From assembly GCF_000281045.1 (NCBI RefSeq), contig NW_008246105.1, positions 219,762-283,761 of the forward strand: a stretch of 64,000 nucleotides of DNA, given 5' to 3'. Position 1 is the first letter of the stretch. The number at the start of each line of letters is the position of its first letter. The position numbers and the translations under genes were made by a program. Below the pieces are notes generated by a model. That model did no database searches, was not told where the DNA came from, and saw only the letters and a list, made by a program, of their open reading frames with translations. Source of the stretch: Saprolegnia diclina VS20 (taxonomy: Eukaryota). Shown piece by piece: positions 57,865 to 64,000 of this stretch.

Positions 57865-60517
57865 TCATGCAGCCGTCGACGACGCGGGCTTGAGGCGCTG
57901 GAACCAGGCGCGGAGCTCGGCCGCGCTCGGGCGGTCCTCGGGGTAGTAGGCAAGGCAGCGCCGAGCAATGTCCAAGATGGCAGGCGGGCACGTGTGCGAG
58001 AAGGACGGGCGCAGCTGCCCCGTCGTGACGAGCACGGCGACGCGGGACTTGGCCATCGTCAGCGAGACCTGCGAGTCGGGCGAGCACATGGCCACGTTCG
58101 AGTAGGGTACGATGCAGAGGTCGACCTCGGACATGGCGACGCCGAACGAGTAGATGTCGGCCTTTTCGCTGTACCGGACGCCTTTGAGCACTTCGGGTGC
58201 GATCCATGGCACGGTGCCAATCTCGGCCGTCATGACGAGGTCGCTGTCGCCGTAGCTCCGGCTCGCGCCAAAGTCAGCGAGCTTGGCGACCCAGTTGGCA
58301 TCGAGGAGCACGTTCTTGGTCTTGACATCGCGATGGACGATGGTCGGGTGGAGGCAATGGAGGTAGGCGAGCGCGTCGGCCATGTCGGCGAGGATCGACA
58401 CCTTGGACACCGGGCAGCACGGGTCGTACTCGGTGAATATCGAGAGCTCGGTCACGTCGCTCACTGTGAGGCGCGGGAGGGCCTTCTCGTCGCTGGGCAT
58501 CGGCAAGGCCGCGGCGCTCAGGACGTTCCATGGCAATACGATCTCACTCTTGCTGCGCTCGAGGAGGCTCCAGACGTCGCCATTCGGCATGTACTCGGTG
58601 AGCGACGAGATGTTGTACAGCGTTGTCCACGTGATCCCGACAAAGGTCACAATCTTGGGGTGGCAGAGGCGCGCGCCAAGGTCGATCTCGAGCATAAAGT
58701 CTTCAATGCGCCCGAGGTCGTCGGCGAACTGCGGCAAAACGCGCTTCATGGCCACGCGCAGCGGCGGCATGCGGTGCTTCTGCGACGGGTAGATGGTCGC
58801 GAGGTACACGATGCCAAAGCCGCCGCGCGCAATGACGCGGTCGCGTACGATCGTGTTGGGCGGCACAAAGCACGACTGGAACCGGGCTTCGAACCGAATG
58901 TCGTTGGCGAGGAGGCCGTACCCGACCGTCGGGCGGCTCTCGAGCATGAGCACGCTCGACGGCTGGTCTTCGCAGAACCACACTTGCTTGCTTCGCTTGG
59001 CCAGTTGGTACCGCCGCCGATAGCAGCAGCAGCCCGCGATCGCAATCGCCAAGAGCACGCTCACGACCGCGAGTGCGACCCACGCCACGGGCAGGAGACT
59101 GGCACTGCTTGTCGTGCCCTCGGTGGGTTGCAGCGCGCCGGTCAATGTGATGACGTCGGCGGCAGCACTCTCCACGAGGCAAAGGGGGATGGTGTGCAGC
59201 ACGCGGGCTGGCGCATGGCCACCACGGCAGGTCACGTTGCGTCGCGCGTCGTCTTGCGAGCAGTTGCCGTCAAAAAGAGATGCGAGGTGCTCCAGCTGAC
59301 TTGCGCTGGTGTACAAGACCAGAGAAGGGTTGCCACAGAGGCATCTAGGCGCGCATGAGCTACGACGTACGAGTTTGCAGCACCGTACAACGAGGTGAGG
59401 GACGGTGGAAAGGCTGCTGCCATGTCCCGCAGGTCGTTGTTGGCCAGCGATCTATTATAGATGTGTGTCATCACGAGAGATGGCGAGGTGGTAGCGTACA
59501 AGCGCCGCAGCTGTGACGGCCACACGAGTTGGCTTACGTTGCCAAGTTTGTTGAACGAGAGATCGCTATAAGAATAAGGATGATGGTCGCCCAACGAGTC
59601 CAGCGCCGTACAGATCCTCGAGGTGTTGCGGGAGCACAATGCCGCCCAATGTCGCAATGCGGTTGCCCGAGAGATTCCTACGACCACGTATTGGCTCGAG
59701 GACATCTGCACGACGGACGTACAGTGTGCGCAGCGTCGCAGGAAGTGCAATGTCGCCCAGAGACGAGAGGCGGTTCCGTGCGAGCGACCTACGCACGGTT
59801 GTCAGCGACAAGATATGGGCACGCTGCGTACAAATATTGGAGCGACGGCGGCAGCTTGACCGCGTCCAGCGATGAGATGGAATTGCCGCTTACATCTCTA
59901 GAAACGTGCTGTGAGCTCCGTGCAGCTGCAGTGGACGTACAAGTGCGCGAGGTTCGTGTTCATCGAGAGGTCCCCGAGCGTCGCAATGACATTGTCGTGC
60001 ACGTCCCTACCCAAGGATAAGATGTTGTGGCGACGGCGGAGAGGTCGTGCCAATGTGTGGTGCCTGCGGGCAGATGAACGTGATCGAGGCTTGTGAGCGC
60101 ATTGTTCGGGAACGCTCTACACGGCTTGTTGGAGAATGCAGCGTAACGTAGCAGGGGAGGTACAAGCGCTGGGCGAGGACGGCACGGCCCGCTGAGTCAA
60201 CCCGCAAGTCGTGCGGCAGGCGCTCGAGCCCGACGTTGTCGAGGACACTAAGAAACGAACGTCAAACCTCGCCTTGGATCAGTTGCGTCGTACACGCTGG
60301 TGGCGTTGGCAGGCAAGGCCTCGATGTCTGTGAACGGCAAGCTGCAATTGACGACGACGTCCCACTCCGTGCTGTTCGCGACGGGAAAGAGCGTCCCGTT
60401 CGGGTACTGCACGCAGGCACCGTCGAGGCACACCGTGCGCAGTGTCGGTCTCTCGACAATGCCGATAGCGGCCATGGCGGCGGTAGCGCTAAGGAGCACG
60501 ACACCGAGCGTGACCAT
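57865..60517 (-). CDS. LRR receptor-like TKL kinase 1 (10 exons)
   Basis: Signal peptide, LRR micro-exons, TM WVALAVVSVLLAIAIAG, kinase motifs GGFGIVY, VAMK, HRDVKTKNVLL, DFG, GTVPWIAPE. Confidence 0.88.
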
Positions 60518-61121
60518 CGTCACGTCTAATCCGAAAGTGGCCGAATTTTGGGCAACGCAAAGAGCCGGCCGACGATCTGAGCGGAAGGCAACGAGAAGCC
60601 AACGCCGCCTTTCGCACCGGAACGCAGCGCTCAGACTGGTGCACACTATACGCGATAGCACTCAGATCTTATCGCGCCGTCAACGCCTTCTCCAGCCACG
60701 CACCGCTGTGGGATCTCGGCCCGGTTCGGACGCATCGTCGACAGGCGATAATTTGCCAATCGAAGTTCGAAGTTCGAAGCAGCCGCAGCAGCCTGCCACG
60801 TCACCCGAGGTGGGTTTTGGATTCGCGTTCCCTGCGCAAGTCGGTCGTCCCACACGATGTAGCGGCGCCGGTTGCGTAACGTCGTCGCATTGGCTTGAGA
60901 GTATGACGCTTTTCGCGTCGTTTTTGGCGTATGTGCATGATTGCTGCGCGGCGGAGCCTCATCTGTGTGCAAAAGCAGGCGCTACGAACCAGCAGTGGGG
61001 CCGCTATCACTTTCAAGTTCGAAAGCTACTAGGATTACATGATACGTTATGGACGTTATGGTCGTGGTCCCCAAGGCGAGGGCGACGTAGTTACAGCTAG
61101 ATTCAAACGTAGTGCCCGCGC

Positions 61122-63812
61122 TCAGAGCGAGAGGCGTTCGAGCCACGCTGCGAGCTGCGCGGCACTCGGCCTGTCGTCTGGGTCGTGCGAGAGACATTGA
61201 CGAGCGATATCGAGCACGACGGATGGACACGATGGCGAAAACGACGGCTGGAGCGTCCCTTTCACAACGCGCATCGCAATGTTGGCCGACGCGAGCGCGA
61301 CCGAGTTGCCGTCGGCGCTCGGGCAGCAGTCGTGGAGGTTGGAGTACGGCACTTTGGCCGTGTCGACTTCGGAGACGAGGACGCCGAACGAGTAAATGTC
61401 GGCCTTTTCACTGTACCGCGTGCCTTTGAGCACCTCGGGGGCGATCCATGGCACGGTGCCAATCTCGGCCGTCATGGTGTGGTCGGCGCACTCACGGCTC
61501 GCGCCAAAGTCGCCGAGCTTGGCGACATACACGTCGTTCAAGAGGACGTTCTTGGCCTTCAAATCGCGGTGCACGACGACGGGCGAGAGCGCGTGGAGGT
61601 AAACCAGCGCTGCAATCACGTCTTGCAGAATCGATGCCTTCGAGACGCCCGGCCCGTGCCACGTGAGCCCATGGCTCCGCTTGAGAAACTGCCAGAGGTC
61701 GCCGTGCGACATGAACTCGTAGATGGCCGACAAATTGTACACACTTGTCCATGTCATCCCGACAAATGCGACAATGTTGGGGTGCTCGAGTCTGGCGCTG
61801 AGGCGGATCTCGGCCATAAAGTCTTCGAGTACGTTCGGGTCGTCCGCGCGCGTCGGCAGGATGCGCTTCATTGCGACCGGGTGGGACCCGTGGATCGATG
61901 CGCGGTACACGATGCCGCAACCGCCGCGCGCGAGCACGGCGTGGCGCTCGACGTCCGACGCCGGCACGCGCCGTGAGCGCAGCACCGGGTCAAAACGCAC
62001 GTCGTTGGGGATCGAAATCGGCGTCTGGAGCTGCAGGTGCGTCTCGTGGCTTGTCGACGATTGCCATTTGGTCGCTCGGCGGCGATACAACGTGGTCGTC
62101 AAGAGAAGCGTGAGAAGGAGAAGCATGCCACCGGCCGCGACGCCAACGACGTGGAGGTAGCCCTCGGACGGTGTGCTCACACTGCCCGTGGACGCCTCGT
62201 TGTCGGGCAGCATGCAGATCGGAAAGATGTCAAAGAGCAGCCGCGTGTGCGTGTGGTTGACGCACGTCGTATTGGTGAGCGTCGTGCTAAGGACAATGTC
62301 GCACGGTCCCTGGAAGTTCCACTTGCCCGACACACCACGGTGCATATCGTACGTGAGCGACGACTTGTTGGGGTTGCGAAGCCGCGAGAGGAGCTCGAAC
62401 TGCGAATTGTTGGCGTAAAAGGCTGTAATGGGGTTGCCTGCCAGACACCTACACGAGTTGGACAGATGCAGGACGCTGCAAATCGCGTCGTACGTACAAG
62501 GACGAGAGGGACGACGGGAAGTTGGCGCGCACTTCGGTGATGCGGTTGTGCGCGAGCTGCCTACGTGGCAAGGATAAGGTCAACGCCATGTCGCGCAACT
62601 TATGCCGCACAGCTGATCGAGCGTCGATGGAAATGCAGCGTCGTCCAACGACGTGATGGCGTTGAACGAGAGGCCCCTAGTCAAGATGAGGAACCGCAGT
62701 TCACACGTAGCCAAGCACGGACAAGTCGAGGAGGTTGGTCGGCCACGACACATTGGCCAGAGACGTGAGCTGATTGCCTTGGAGATCCCTACGTACCCAT
62801 GACAATATCGGTAAGATCTTGGTGCAACGTGGCGATAACGATAAGGTACAAAGTCTGCAGTGCCGACGGGAAGCGGACGTCGACGAGGCTCGTGAGGTTG
62901 TTGTACATAGGAAAACTACACCAAGTGCGGTGAGCCCTCGTAACGCAAAGCGCGTCGACGAACAAGTGCAGGAGCGACGACGGAAAAATCGCATCGACGA
63001 GGGATTGGAGACGGTTGAACCCGACCAGTCTAGCCACAACTGTAACCTCAACCGCGACCACGGTTAGTCCGACGTACAGAAACGTGATGTGCCGGCTGCG
63101 GCTCAAATCGCCCAGGTGCTCGATCTGGTTGTTCGAGAGCTCTCTAATGCGTTCACTTGAGCCATGGGAGTGAACCAACCACGAGGCGTACAAGACGTCG
63201 ATCGTGTCGGGAAAGCGGACGCCGCTGATCGTCGTGATGGCGTTACTGACCATTTGACTAGACAAAATATATCTGTGAGAAAGGCGCATGTTGAAAAATG
63301 CACGTACACACGGTTCGCAATGACGGGACGGCCGCGATCGTCCATCGAGAGGTCGTCGTGAAGCGTTTGGATCCCCAGGTTGTCCAGAAGGCTAATAATC
63401 ATTAATGCGCGCACAGAGCCTGCGCGACGTACATGGTGGACGCATACGACGGGAGGTGCTCGACGTGTTCGATCGTGAGGTTGTTTCGGATCGCGTACAA
63501 GTAGCCAAACTTGAGCGACCCCCGTGCGTCGACGGCCGCGACGTCGGCGCCACGCGCGACGCGTCCATCTGGGAACCAGACGCACGACGGGAACTCGGTC
63601 GTCCAGTTGGTCGCAACGACGCCGTCGAAAGTGATGGTGTTGTCGTCGTCGTTGGTTGTGGTAAAGTTGACGCCGCGACAGTCGGTCGTGAGCGTCGTCA
63701 TTGTCACATTGCGCGGGTGCCGTGACGGTAATAACGTGCCCCATGAGACGGACTCGTTCAGAGCTGCGAGCGCGCCGAGCGGGCACCACAACAGCAGAAT
63801 TCGCTTCCACAT
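61122..63812 (-). CDS. LRR receptor-like TKL kinase 2 (10 exons), tandem paralog
   Basis: Signal peptide MWKRILLLWCPLGALAA, LRR micro-exons, TM VVGVAAGGMLLLLTLLL, HRDLKAKNVLL, DFG, GTVPWIAPE. Confidence 0.88.
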
Positions 63813-64000
63813 TGCACAGAAATGTAAAGTGAGACGACGCAACGTCGACGCATTGTGGGGCCGTAATGAGCCAGACGAAATCGAACGTCTCGCAACAAGA
63901 GTAGCCAAAACGTACCGACCAATCGGAGCGCGCGCTACACACATATGGTCATCAACGCGCGTCTTCGTCTCAGTATGACCATACTCGCAGTAAGTTCCGA

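Noticed and set aside
57829..59358. 509-aa plus-strand ORF
   Set aside because: Antisense shadow of the kinase exon.

Overview
Gene-dense eukaryotic DNA with many very short (about 43-63 nt) GT-AG introns, GC-rich third codon positions, oomycete-type INR/FPR promoter elements and a tubular-mastigoneme gene. This points to an oomycete (stramenopile), plausibly Saprolegniales; the taxon is inferred. I can support 33 protein-coding genes: 5-oxoprolinase, papain-family protease, OTU-like protein, pyridoxal kinase, CSN2, EngB GTPase, four choline/ethanolamine kinases, cardiolipin synthase, COMMD5-like, IFRD-like, OSTalpha/TMEM184-like, DGK1-like, ELP4, GGQ rescue factor, mastigoneme protein, degenerate SulP, EF-hand mitochondrial carrier, kelch protein, RPC11, methyltransferase, MPP-alpha, EF-hand NDH-2, TM-LRR protein, Tup1-like corepressor, two tandem LRR receptor kinases and several hypotheticals. 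There are two assembly gaps. Main observations: (1) a probable polycistronic snoRNA cluster at about 30.1-30.85 kb, with two H/ACA RNAs sharing a duplicated 18S guide hairpin and one C/D RNA; (2) a choline-kinase family whose catalytic halves are near-identical while N-termini and intron content differ; (3) two LRR-kinases built from one-repeat-per-exon 66-nt phase-2 cassettes; (4) a cryptic OTU-like protease. Multi-exon CDS coordinates are start-to-stop spans, with splice sites read by eye. rRNA target sequences and family motifs were recalled, not searched.
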